64,000 nucleotides of DNA from an uncultured bacterium (GTDB taxonomy: Bacteria > Oederibacteriota > JAAXVQ01 > JAUVAV01): the NCBI GenBank assembly GCA_963710755.1, contig CAVQBK010000003.1, forward strand, positions 416,001 through 480,000, written 5' to 3'. Shown here piece by piece: positions 48,597 through 57,362 of this stretch. A program made the position numbers and the translations under genes. Position 1 is the first letter of the stretch, and the number at the start of each line of letters is the position of its first letter. The notes beneath the pieces are model-generated. The model was not told where the DNA came from. It ran no database searches and saw only the letters and a program-made list of their open reading frames with translations.

Positions 48597-49175
48597 ATGA
48601 GTGTGCGCAAAATGATTATGTTGGCGGTGGTGCTGGGTGCCTGGCCCACAACCGCAGTAATGGCGGAATCCTTGAGCGCAGGCCAGAATGTTTTCAGTAC
48701 GGAAAAGTATTATCGTGCCGGCGATTTGATTACCATCATTATTTCCGAGAGTGCCCAGGCTTCCCAGAGCGCCTCCACAGACCTGCACAAGGATTCGCAG
48801 GTGGGCTATACCAGCGGCGGCCTGTTGGGGTCTTTGATGCCTGCGGCCAGCGTGGGCATTAATTCCAAAAATGACGGCGGTGGGCAACTGGCACGACAGG
48901 GGAAAATGAAGGCCATGATTGGCGCCACGGTGGAATCGATTCTGCCCAACGGTCTGCTCAAAGTCAAAGGCACCCAGGAAATCGGGTTTGACAGCGGCCG
49001 CCAGATTATCCGTATCGAAGGATTGGTGAGGCCACGCGATATTTCATCGGAAAACGAAGTTTATTCCTATCGTCTGGCCAATGTGAAAATCGATTATGTG
49101 GGCGACGGGGCATTGCAGGAAAAATCACGAACTGGATTCTTAAGCCGATTTTTAGACTGGCTCTGGATATTTTAG
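48597..49175 (+). CDS. flgH: Flagellar L-ring protein FlgH
   Basis: GDLITIIISE, LPNG.L.V.G, GLVRPRDI..N. Confidence 0.9.
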   Translation: MSVRKMIMLAVVLGAWPTTAVMAESLSAGQNVFSTEKYYRAGDLITIIISESAQASQSASTDLHKDSQVGYTSGGLLGSLMPAASVGINSKNDGGGQLARQGKMKAMIGATVESILPNGLLKVKGTQEIGFDSGRQIIRIEGLVRPRDISSENEVYSYRLANVKIDYVGDGALQEKSRTGFLSRFLDWLWIF

Positions 49176-49201
49176 AGTCATGCGGCAGACAGGGGGAGAC
49201 C

Positions 49202-49399
49202 ATGGATTGGCCTGAACAACCGGCATCATTTAAACCTATATCCACTACGAGCCTGACCGGTCCGAGCCTGGACCTCGGTCGCGGGGAAAACGATCTCTGG
49301 AAAAATGTGGAACAAGTTTATGCCGCGGACGGCAGCGTTAAAAAAACCAAACGCCTTAAATTCGTGCGTGTTCATCGCGGGGTTGAGGAGGAAGTATGA
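49202..49399 (+). CDS. Small hypothetical protein coupled to flgI
   Basis: GGGGAG RBS; stop overlaps the flgI start (ATGA). Confidence 0.55.
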   Translation: MDWPEQPASFKPISTTSLTGPSLDLGRGENDLWKNVEQVYAADGSVKKTKRLKFVRVHRGVEEEV

Positions 49400-50517
49400 A
49401 GCGTTGTGACCATCGTGCCCTAAGCATTATTCTGCTGATGCAGGTGTTGCTGCCGGGACTGGTCTCTTTAGCCGGGGCCATTGAGCTGACCATCAGGGAC
49501 GTGGCTCATGTACAAGGGTTAAGGGAAAACCAGCTCCTGGGTTACGGCCTGGTGGTGGGGCTCCAAGGCACGGGAGACAGCCGCTATTCAGGCGTCACCT
49601 CCAAGACCATGGCCAATATGCTGGAGAAATTCGGACTCAATCTCACCAACCGCGATTTTTCATCGCGCAATGCGGCGGCGGTTATGGTGACGACGACGCT
49701 TATGCCCTTCATGCGCGAAGGCGACCGCCTGGATGTGCATATTTCCTCCATCGGTGATGCCAAGAGCCTGCAAGGGGGCACATTGCTGATGACCCCGTTG
49801 TTTGCGGGCAATGAAACCATCTATGCCTATGCTCAGGGACCTGTTTCTGTGGGCGGTTATTACGCCGGCACCCGCTCCCAATCCATCCAGAAAAATGTGA
49901 CCACGGTCGGGGTCATCAGCAGCGGTGCTATTGTGGAAAAAATGGTGAATTCCACCTTTATTGAGAATGAGAAGTTGAAGTTAACCCTGGACCGCACGGA
50001 TTTTAGCCTAGCGGCAGCAGTGGTACAGGCTATCAACAAACAATTCGGCATGAACGTAGCCTCCACCAACAATGCCACTGATATTGCCATTACCATTCCC
50101 GAGCAACAGCAAAACGATCCGGTTGGGTTTATTGCCAAAGCCCTGGCTCTGCCCCTGAATGTGGACGAGCAACCGCGGGTGGTGGTGGACGAGCGCACCG
50201 GCACTATTGTGGTCGGCGGGGACGTAAAAATTTCCAAGGTGGCCATTTCCCATGGCGGCTTGCATATCGCCATTGCCGGAGAGACCCAAGTCGTGCAGCC
50301 TTTGCCGCTCAGCCTGGGACAGACCGTGGTAGCGGAAAACTTGTCGGTCCGAACGGATGAACAAAAGGGCGAATTGGTGAGCTTGCCGGCAGGCACCACC
50401 ATTGATGAGTTGGTTCGGGCTTTAAATACAGTGGGGACCTTGCCCCGTGATATTATGGTCATTTTACAGAACTTACGAACGGTAGGCGCTTTGCATGCCA
50501 GCATCTTGGCCCGATAG
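49396..50517 (+). CDS. flgI: Flagellar P-ring protein FlgI
   Basis: NQLLGYGLVVGLQGTGD, GDAKSLQGGTLL, ERTGTIV, GALHA. Confidence 0.96.
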   Translation: MKRCDHRALSIILLMQVLLPGLVSLAGAIELTIRDVAHVQGLRENQLLGYGLVVGLQGTGDSRYSGVTSKTMANMLEKFGLNLTNRDFSSRNAAAVMVTTTLMPFMREGDRLDVHISSIGDAKSLQGGTLLMTPLFAGNETIYAYAQGPVSVGGYYAGTRSQSIQKNVTTVGVISSGAIVEKMVNSTFIENEKLKLTLDRTDFSLAAAVVQAINKQFGMNVASTNNATDIAITIPEQQQNDPVGFIAKALALPLNVDEQPRVVVDERTGTIVVGGDVKISKVAISHGGLHIAIAGETQVVQPLPLSLGQTVVAENLSVRTDEQKGELVSLPAGTTIDELVRALNTVGTLPRDIMVILQNLRTVGALHASILAR

Positions 50518-50558
50518 TGATGGTGGCCAAAGCGCTTTTCCAGTCCCTGGGGGGGGAC

Positions 50559-50592
50559 CTGTGCACCGTCATCGGAAGATGACGGTGCACAG
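50559..50592. other. Perfect 15-bp stem-loop with GGAA loop
   Basis: CTGTGCACCGTCATC-GGAA-GATGACGGTGCACAG. Confidence 0.8.
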
Positions 50593-50639
50593 AAAAATAA
50601 TCGTTAATTTTAGTTTTTAACTAGATAAGGAGATAAAAG

Positions 50640-50939
50640 ATGGATATTGGGGCCTTAATGCCGGTTATAGCATCAGAAATGAACAAAAATGATCAATTAT
50701 CGTCTCCTGGCTCTAGCCAAGACCCTCAAAAAGTGGGCCAGCAGTTCGAAGCAGTCTTTTATAACCTCATGTTATCTGGCATGCATGACAGTGCTGCCGG
50801 GTTAAATAAGGATAAGGTCAACCATACCCAGGAGGATTGGGCCTGGGCCATGATGGTGCAAAAGTTATCCAATGAACTGGCCAAAGAAAACCATTTAAAA
50901 ATAGGAGATATCATTGAGGCCAGCCAGCCAAAAAAATAA
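50640..50939 (+). CDS. flgJ: Rod-binding protein (short FlgJ)
   Basis: QQFEAVF..LML..M motif; follows flgI. Confidence 0.7.
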   Translation: MDIGALMPVIASEMNKNDQLSSPGSSQDPQKVGQQFEAVFYNLMLSGMHDSAAGLNKDKVNHTQEDWAWAMMVQKLSNELAKENHLKIGDIIEASQPKK

Positions 50940-50960
50940 TGAAATAAAGTAAAAAAAAGT

Positions 50961-50988
50961 TAAAGTTTTTATTCCGTTGGAACGAAAC
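50961..50988 (+). promoter_or_regulatory. Putative sigma28 promoter
   Basis: TAAAGTTT-N12-AACGAAAC versus consensus TAAAGTTT-N11-GCCGATAA; upstream of the flgM-like gene. Confidence 0.5.
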
Positions 50989-51028
50989 CTAGATTGAAGT
51001 CAAATCCCATCGAAAGGGGGAGAATACC

Positions 51029-51640
51029 ATGAGTATCGAAGGATTGCCGCCATCATCGAACCCATTCTCCCGGATGGATAAGGCAGACGATATCAAGAAA
51101 CCTTCCAGCGTCAAAGAGACGGGCAAAGCCGCACCAGCGCCAAAAGCGGCAACGCCCGAGACTCAGGCCGGCACACCGGCCACCCCAAAGGCGGAAACAC
51201 CGGCCCAGGCAACGCCGACGCAGGAGAATCCTGTTCAGGAACAGCAAAAGGTCATTAAGGACAAGGTTTCCCATTATATTGCCGAATTGCAAACCTTATC
51301 AGAAAAGCTGAAAAAGAACCAGGAGCTTCATCAAACCCGAAGCAAAATTGACACTATGGGCGCTTCTCTGCGGGAAATGGAAAAGGAGTTAAACGACGCC
51401 ATTACCGAGCGTTACGGTGATTCCCTGTCTCTTGATCAGACCTATACCAAAATGTCCTATTGGGACAAATTGGATGTAATGGCCAAATCGCAAACCATCA
51501 ATCGTTTAAAGGACAAAATTCGCGATACCACCATTGACCGTGCCCATCTGGTCAATCAGCTGAAAGAAGAAATTGTCTCGGGCACCTATGCCCCCAGCAG
51601 CGACCGGATTTTAAAAGGCATGATCAAGGAATTTTTCTGA
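51029..51640 (+). CDS. flgM: Extended FlgM-like anti-sigma28 factor
   Basis: C-terminal R...V..LK..I..GTY......I...M signature; position before flgN-flgK. Confidence 0.65.
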   Translation: MSIEGLPPSSNPFSRMDKADDIKKPSSVKETGKAAPAPKAATPETQAGTPATPKAETPAQATPTQENPVQEQQKVIKDKVSHYIAELQTLSEKLKKNQELHQTRSKIDTMGASLREMEKELNDAITERYGDSLSLDQTYTKMSYWDKLDVMAKSQTINRLKDKIRDTTIDRAHLVNQLKEEIVSGTYAPSSDRILKGMIKEFF

Positions 51641-51654
51641 GGAAGGGTAGCGCC

Positions 51655-52152
51655 ATGGAACTAAGCTGGAAGCGATTAATGAAGGTCATGGATGAGCTTG
51701 GCGCCAAAGTCCAACGCTTAATTGCCATCAGCCAAGACCTGCATCAAGCCATCATTGCAGAAAAAGTGGACATCATCGGACAGGTGGTCATTGACCAGGA
51801 AAAGGAGATGAAAGCTTTTGAGGACCTGGAGCGCGAGCGCCTGGCCCTGGTCAATTCGTTGGGCGCTCAGTTTCGTTTGGCGCCGTCCCAGGTCACGGCT
51901 GCGGCCTTGCAGGCTCACATCCCGCCGGCATGGAGCAACGACTACCGTCTGCAGGTGATGCGCCTTAAGCAAGGTATGGACGAACTGAAACAAGCCAATC
52001 TGGTCAATCAACGATTATTGCAGCAATCGCGGGAATTTATGTCCTGGCTGATCAATTATCTGGTTACCCCCAGCGGAGCTTCCGCTTTATACAATGATTC
52101 CGGTATCAGCATTCAGAATAGTTGCTATCACGTGGTTAATCAAAATATGTAA
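51655..52152 (+). CDS. flgN: Flagellar export chaperone FlgN
   Basis: Helical protein with L...N..N..LL..S motif and Y...G near the C-terminus; precedes flgK. Confidence 0.8.
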   Translation: MELSWKRLMKVMDELGAKVQRLIAISQDLHQAIIAEKVDIIGQVVIDQEKEMKAFEDLERERLALVNSLGAQFRLAPSQVTAAALQAHIPPAWSNDYRLQVMRLKQGMDELKQANLVNQRLLQQSREFMSWLINYLVTPSGASALYNDSGISIQNSCYHVVNQNM

Positions 52153-52164
52153 GAGGAGTACTAC

Positions 52165-53580
52165 ATGTATTCGACGTTTTTTGGGATTGAGCTTGGGAAA
52201 ACCGCTCTCCTGGCACAGCAAATGGCGCTGCACACCACGGCCCATAATATTGCCAATGTCAATACACCCGGCTATTCACGACAGCTTACTTCTCTGGTGA
52301 CCAATGCGCCCTTTAATCTTCCGGAAGCCAACCGTGTTCAGATGCCGGGCCAGATGGGCACCGGCGTCAAGGTGGATTTTATCAGCCGCGCCCGGGACAT
52401 GATGTTGGAGCGGCAAATTCAGCAGGAAACATCAAAACAATCGGTTATGGACAGCAAGGTGAGTTATTTAAACCAGGTGGAATCCATTATCAATGAACCG
52501 GCCGATAGTTCCATTGGTGATGCTTTGGATGCTTTCTGGGCCAGCTGGCAGGAACTGTCCGTTTATCCTGACGATGTTTCTGTCCGTAACAGCCTGATAT
52601 CCAAAACCCAGCAATTGCTGCATCTGATGAAAAATAAGGACAGTAATTTACAGGAATTGCAGAATCAGGCGGATACCACCTACCGCAGCGATGTGGATCA
52701 GATCAATGCCCTTGCCGGCCAGATCCGGGACATTAACATCAAGATCAATCAATCGGAGGGCGTGGACACGGAGCCTAACGATCTGCTGGATAAACGCGAT
52801 GCCCTGTTGCGGGATTTGTCGAAACTGGTTAATTTCAGCGGCACTGAAATGGAGAATGGCCTGTATGCCATCACCATCAACGGTCACACCCTGGTGCAGG
52901 ATGAAGAATTCATTCCTATCAATGTGGTAAATGATCCTCTTAACAATAATTTTGCCCAGGCTGTCTGGTCTGATGACAGTACGGCGGTCGGCATCTCCAG
53001 CGGTGCCTTGCAAGGGTTGGTGGAGATCCGTGATGCCCATCTGCCGGTGTACCGCGGCGCGCTGGACAGTATTGCCCAGGAACTGATCAATGTCATCAAT
53101 CCCCTGCACAGCGCAGGCTATGCCCTGAATGCCGCCGCACCCTCAGGCTTGGGATTCTTTACGGGCACGGGACTGGCGGATATTGAAGTCAATGCCGCCA
53201 TTGTAGCTGATCCCACCCAGATAGCGGCTGCGGTTAATCCCACAGCGCCGGGTGACGGCTCCAACGCCCTGGCCATTGCCCAGTTGCAAAATGTGGACAG
53301 CATGACTGGTGGTACTCAGTCTATTGGTGAGTTTTATCAAGCCTTTCTCAGTCAGATCGGCTTGGACAGTCAGGACGCCCAGAACAATCAGGATATCCAG
53401 ACCAAGCTGGTACAAAGTTTTGAGAACCTGCAGGAATCCCAATCCGGCGTCAATCTCGATGAAGAGATGACCGATATGATGCGTTATCAGGAAGGTTATC
53501 AAGCCGCCATCAGGGTGGTAACCTCCATGGATGAAATGATTGATACCGTGGTCAACCGTATGGGAGTTGTTGGCCGGTAA
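52165..53580 (+). CDS. flgK: Hook-associated protein FlgK
   Basis: HNIANVNTPGYSRQ, NDLLDKRD, SGVNLDEEM. Confidence 0.96.
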   Translation: MYSTFFGIELGKTALLAQQMALHTTAHNIANVNTPGYSRQLTSLVTNAPFNLPEANRVQMPGQMGTGVKVDFISRARDMMLERQIQQETSKQSVMDSKVSYLNQVESIINEPADSSIGDALDAFWASWQELSVYPDDVSVRNSLISKTQQLLHLMKNKDSNLQELQNQADTTYRSDVDQINALAGQIRDINIKINQSEGVDTEPNDLLDKRDALLRDLSKLVNFSGTEMENGLYAITINGHTLVQDEEFIPINVVNDPLNNNFAQAVWSDDSTAVGISSGALQGLVEIRDAHLPVYRGALDSIAQELINVINPLHSAGYALNAAAPSGLGFFTGTGLADIEVNAAIVADPTQIAAAVNPTAPGDGSNALAIAQLQNVDSMTGGTQSIGEFYQAFLSQIGLDSQDAQNNQDIQTKLVQSFENLQESQSGVNLDEEMTDMMRYQEGYQAAIRVVTSMDEMIDTVVNRMGVVGR

Positions 53581-53614
53581 ATAAAGCACTTCAATACTAA
53601 GTGAGGTGAAGGAC

Positions 53615-54526
53615 ATGCGCGTCACCGGCAACATGATGTCCAACCAAATTATTCAAAACCTTAATATCGACCTGGCGCGTTTGCAGGACGTGCATGAGCA
53701 GGCATCCACCGGCAAAAGAATCAATCGTCCCAGCGATGATCCCCTGGGCACGCAGCGGGTGGCCAACCTCAATGAAGCCCTGGACGGGATCGACCAATTT
53801 CAACGGAACGCCAGTTTTGTGACCAATTGGATCAGCGCCTCCGAGGCCGCACTGAGCGGTGCGGGCGAGGCCCTGCAACGGGCCAACACCCTGGCTGTGC
53901 GCGCTTCCAATGATGTCACCTTGAATCAACAGGAGCGCAACACCATTGCTGATGAAGTTAATTCCATTCTCGAGGGGCTGGTGGCGGCCGGCAACACCAA
54001 GCTGGAGGGCAAAGGTCTTTTCAGTGGGTTTCAAACCAGCAGTGACGCTTTTACCACCACCGTGGTGGGCGGTGAAATCACGACGGTCGCTTACAGCGGA
54101 GACAGCGGTGTGGACCAGGTGGAGATTGACCAGGGCCTGGTGGTGAATAAAAACGTTACCGGCGACGGTGTGTTTCAACCGGGTGCCGGTATTGATGTGT
54201 TCCAGGCCCTCATTGATTTGCGGGATAATCTGCGCGCCAACAACACCGCCGGCATTCATGCCGGCATCACCGATACCGACCAGGCCCAACAGCAGGTGGT
54301 GGAACAAGTGTCCATGCTGGGCAATAAGACCAATATGCTGGAAATGGCCGGGGAGAACATCAGCGCGCGCAAGGTGGGGCTGGTGAAACTTAACAGTGAA
54401 CTGGCTGACGCCGATATGCCCGAGACCATTGTGCGCCTGCAGACCGCCCAGAATGTGTTGGATTCAGCCCTGCAATCCAGCGCGCGTATTATGCAACAAC
54501 AAAGTTTGGCCGATTTTCTGGCCTAG
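53615..54526 (+). CDS. flgL: Hook-associated protein FlgL
   Basis: STGKRINRPSDDP, terminal SLADFL. Confidence 0.94.
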   Translation: MRVTGNMMSNQIIQNLNIDLARLQDVHEQASTGKRINRPSDDPLGTQRVANLNEALDGIDQFQRNASFVTNWISASEAALSGAGEALQRANTLAVRASNDVTLNQQERNTIADEVNSILEGLVAAGNTKLEGKGLFSGFQTSSDAFTTTVVGGEITTVAYSGDSGVDQVEIDQGLVVNKNVTGDGVFQPGAGIDVFQALIDLRDNLRANNTAGIHAGITDTDQAQQQVVEQVSMLGNKTNMLEMAGENISARKVGLVKLNSELADADMPETIVRLQTAQNVLDSALQSSARIMQQQSLADFLA

Positions 54527-54604
54527 ATCAAGGCCGCCGGCAAGGGTCAAGTTAAGCTCCGGGCCCGGCCGGTGAGTATCAATCAGGTTGGGGGAGGAAC
54601 AGCA

Positions 54605-55108
54605 GTGAAAATCAACTCAAGGCATTTTGGAGAATTGGACATCAACGAAGAAAAAATCATTCATTTTCCCAAAGGTATCATCGGCTTTCCCGAGGCTAAG
54701 CAGTTCTGCTTGTTCAGCATGCCCGAGATCGAGCCCTATCAATGGCTCCAGAGTGTGGATCAGCAGGACCTGGCTTTTGTAGTGGTGCCCATATTGATGC
54801 TCAAGCCTGATTATAAATTGTTTATGACCAAAGCGGATCATCTGGCGCTGGGGTTTGAAAAGGAGGAAATGCCGCTGCTGCTGGGGATTGTGGTCATTCC
54901 CGAGGATCCGCATAAAGCCACGGTCAACCTGTTGGCGCCCATTGCCATCAATGAGGAGCGGCGTCTGGCCGGGCAAGTGGTGAACGAATGCCGGGATTAC
55001 AAGACACGCCATGTCATCAAGGAAGAACTTAAGTCAAATGCCAGGGAGGGCAGTGATCATGTTGGTGTTAACGAGGAAGAAAAATCAGTCGTTGAAAGTC
55101 GGGGATGA
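54605..55108 (+). CDS. fliW: Flagellar assembly factor FliW
   Basis: FG........I.FP.GI.GF, WLQS, TVNLLAPI.IN; GTG start behind GGAGG. Confidence 0.92.
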   Translation: MKINSRHFGELDINEEKIIHFPKGIIGFPEAKQFCLFSMPEIEPYQWLQSVDQQDLAFVVVPILMLKPDYKLFMTKADHLALGFEKEEMPLLLGIVVIPEDPHKATVNLLAPIAINEERRLAGQVVNECRDYKTRHVIKEELKSNAREGSDHVGVNEEEKSVVESRG

Positions 55109-55301
55109 GATAGAAATACGGGTTTTGGAAATCAACGGGGAACAGGTCCGGCTTGGCATCAGTGCTCCGGTCTCGGTACGGGTACTGCGCAAGGAACTGT
55201 ATACCGATATCCACCAGCAAAACCTGCAAGCCGCATCCATGCAAAGTCTTAAAGGACTCCATCAGGTCCAGCCCGATCAGAAGAAAGGGCAAGACCACTA
55301 G
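55059..55301 (+). CDS. csrA: Carbon storage regulator CsrA
   Basis: MLVLTRK, QVRLGISAP, R.ELY..I...N..A. Confidence 0.95.
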   Translation: MLVLTRKKNQSLKVGDEIEIRVLEINGEQVRLGISAPVSVRVLRKELYTDIHQQNLQAASMQSLKGLHQVQPDQKKGQDH

Positions 55302-55326
55302 TTGTTGGGCCATTATCATCGGGCCG

Positions 55327-55435
55327 CAGGATAAGTCAATGGCCTTATCCACGTCGTGCAGAGGGAGGCTGCATCACCGGCAGGATGAATGGGGAATATT
55401 GGCAAGGAAGCCAAAACCACTATCAAGGAGGATGA
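55327..55435 (+). promoter_or_regulatory. Flagellin 5' leader with multiple CsrA-binding GGA motifs
   Basis: CAGGA (55327), GCAG-AGGGAGG-CTGC hairpin, CAGGATG (55381), TGGC-AAGGAA-GCCA hairpin, AAGGAGGA SD. Confidence 0.75.
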
Positions 55436-55439
55436 AACA

Positions 55440-56264
55440 ATGGGATTTGCAATCAATCACAATGTACCGTCAGTAGCAGCTTTGGGAGCTTTGGACAAAA
55501 CGACAACCGCCATCGGAAAATCGTTGTCCAAACTTTCCACGGGTTTGCGCATCGTGAAATCAGGCGATGATGCTTCCGGGTTGGTCATCAGTGAGCGCAT
55601 GCGTGCGCAGATCAACGGGCTGCAAACCGCCAAACTGAACGCTGCCGAAGGCATCAACATGCTCTCCACCGCGGAAGGCGTGCTCAACGAAATCCACAGC
55701 ATTTTGCAACGCATGAACACTCTGGCCGTGCGGGCCGACAACAGCGTCACCATTGCCCCCGGTTCCGCGGAATTGCAAGCCTTACAGGATGAAAGCGACG
55801 CCTTGGTGCAGGAAGTCGACCGTATCGCCGGGTATGCGCAATTTAACGGGGTTACTCTCCTCGACGGCTCGCTCAGTGGGAACCTGCAAGTTGGTCCCAG
55901 CGCGGGCGCCGACAACGTTATTGCCACCACCTTGGGCGCTATCGACTCCACCACTTTGGGCGTGAATGCCCTGACCTTGGGCGACGGCGGAACGGCCATC
56001 ACCGCCATCACCGCTGCGATTGAGACCTTAGGTACCAACCGCGGCGATCTGGGTGTGGCCATGAACCGTCTGGAGCACACGATCGTCAACCTCGACACCA
56101 TGATCGAGAACACGACCGCTTCGGAAAGCCGTATCCGCGATGTGGATATGTCCGAAGAAATCTCCAACTTCACGCGACTCCAAATCCTGCAACAATCGGG
56201 AACGTCCATGCTGGCTCAAGCTAATGCCCAGCCACAAGCTGTGCTTAGTCTACTGCGCGGCTAA
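55440..56264 (+). CDS. fliC: Flagellin (minimal, 274 aa)
   Basis: LSTGLRI...DDASGL.ISE, RG.LG..MNRL, ESRIRDVDM, QAN..PQ.VLSLL. Confidence 0.96.
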   Translation: MGFAINHNVPSVAALGALDKTTTAIGKSLSKLSTGLRIVKSGDDASGLVISERMRAQINGLQTAKLNAAEGINMLSTAEGVLNEIHSILQRMNTLAVRADNSVTIAPGSAELQALQDESDALVQEVDRIAGYAQFNGVTLLDGSLSGNLQVGPSAGADNVIATTLGAIDSTTLGVNALTLGDGGTAITAITAAIETLGTNRGDLGVAMNRLEHTIVNLDTMIENTTASESRIRDVDMSEEISNFTRLQILQQSGTSMLAQANAQPQAVLSLLRG

Positions 56265-56280
56265 CCCATTGCCCCATGAG

Positions 56281-56318
56281 AAAAGCCGGACCGGGATCTC
56301 CCGGCCCGGCTTTTTTTT
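56281..56318 (+). terminator. Intrinsic terminator after flagellin
   Basis: AAAAGCCGGACCGGGA-TC-TCCCGGCCCGGCTTTTTTTT. Confidence 0.9.
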
Positions 56319-56532
56319 ATGCCGTTCAACTGCAGGGGCTGGGAATGGCCATGATCGTTCCCGGCAAGCATCAATCCACCTCAGGGGAAAACGGCAGGTA
56401 TCGATTTGGGTGAAACAAAAAAAATCATATAATTCACCTTTGCCAAAGTTGAGCTATATTGGATGACGGATTAATTCTTGTTATCGATGGTGATATTGAA
56501 GCACATAAACATGAACGACGAAAGAAAAGCCC

Positions 56533-56688
56533 ATGGACGCCGTAACGGTATCTCCGAAGTATCAGGTGGTCATTCCCCGCATGATCAGGGAAGCTTTAAA
56601 GATCAAGCCGGGGGAGAAGATGCAGGTCGTTCGTTATGGAAACCGCATCGAGCTGGCTGGAATATTTTGCAGACGCCCGCAATGCTGA
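56533..56688 (+). pseudogene. AbrB/MazE-type antitoxin, C-terminally truncated (not in ORF track)
   Basis: MDAVTVSPKYQVVIPRMIREALKIKPGEKMQVVRYGNRIEL, then runs out of frame into toxin sequence and stops. Confidence 0.8.
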
Positions 56689-57019
56689 TTTTTTCGCTCC
56701 GATCATTGAAAAACCAACCCAACTACTTGTACCGGCTGTCTCCATTTATGAGGTGTTTAAAAGAAATTTGCAGCAGCGTGATGAAAATGAAGACTTAAAA
56801 ACCATTGCCGTCATGGCCCAAGGGCGCGTGGTGGATTTGGATGACAGCCTGGCCCTGGAAGCCGCCAAGCTCAGCGTGGATTACAAATTACCCATAACAG
56901 ACAGCATGATCCTGGCCACGGCTTGGGCCTATAAAGTCACCTTGTGGACTCAAGGTGAAGATTTTAAGGGATTGCATCTGGTGAAGTACATCCCAAAGAA
57001 ATCAACCGCGATAGAATAG
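56636..57019 (+). pseudogene. PIN-domain (VapC) toxin apparently lacking its first residues
   Basis: WLEYFAD...SIYEVFK...ITDSMILATA....LWTQGEDF; the usual N-terminal hhDSS Asp is absent. Confidence 0.7.
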
Positions 57020-57125
57020 TGCTTGATTGCGGGGAGTACCGGCCTGCGTGGTTTCATTAAAAGCATAGTCCATGCCACGGTGCTAAGATGGCGCTAATGC
57101 AGGACATCACAAATAGCTTTCAGAT

Positions 57126-57215
57126 GTCACCCCGGCAGCTTGTTGCCATGGTCCAATAAGAGCTATTAATGATGGAAAAAAATCGGGATTCCGGCTAAAA
57201 TCATGCCGGCATGAC
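57126..57215. repeat. Bipartite REP/BIME-like element (GTCA-CCGG family)
   Basis: GTCACCCCGGCA...GTCCA left arm; GGATTCCGGCTAAAATCATGCCGGCATGAC right arm matching 32752-32781. Confidence 0.65.
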
Positions 57216-57362
57216 GCAGAAAATGAAAAAGCAAAAGTAAAGAAGCGTTGGACACACTACACTAGCGCTATTTTTATGGGGGCTCAACATGTTGATCCCC
57301 TAACGGACGTAGGATCGATTTTGATCGGGTGAATGGATCATTAATTCTAAAGGAGATTTTGG

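Noticed and set aside
49860-50504. Long antisense ORFs over flgI, flgG, flgL and flagellin
   Set aside because: Shadows of well-supported plus-strand genes.
55250-55279. TAAAG...CCCGATCA as the flagellin sigma28 promoter inside csrA
   Set aside because: Spacing is longer than consensus; too weak to call.
57250-57265. GGACACACTACACTAG, reminiscent of an IS terminal sequence
   Set aside because: Single copy, no partner end or transposase in the window; cannot be supported.
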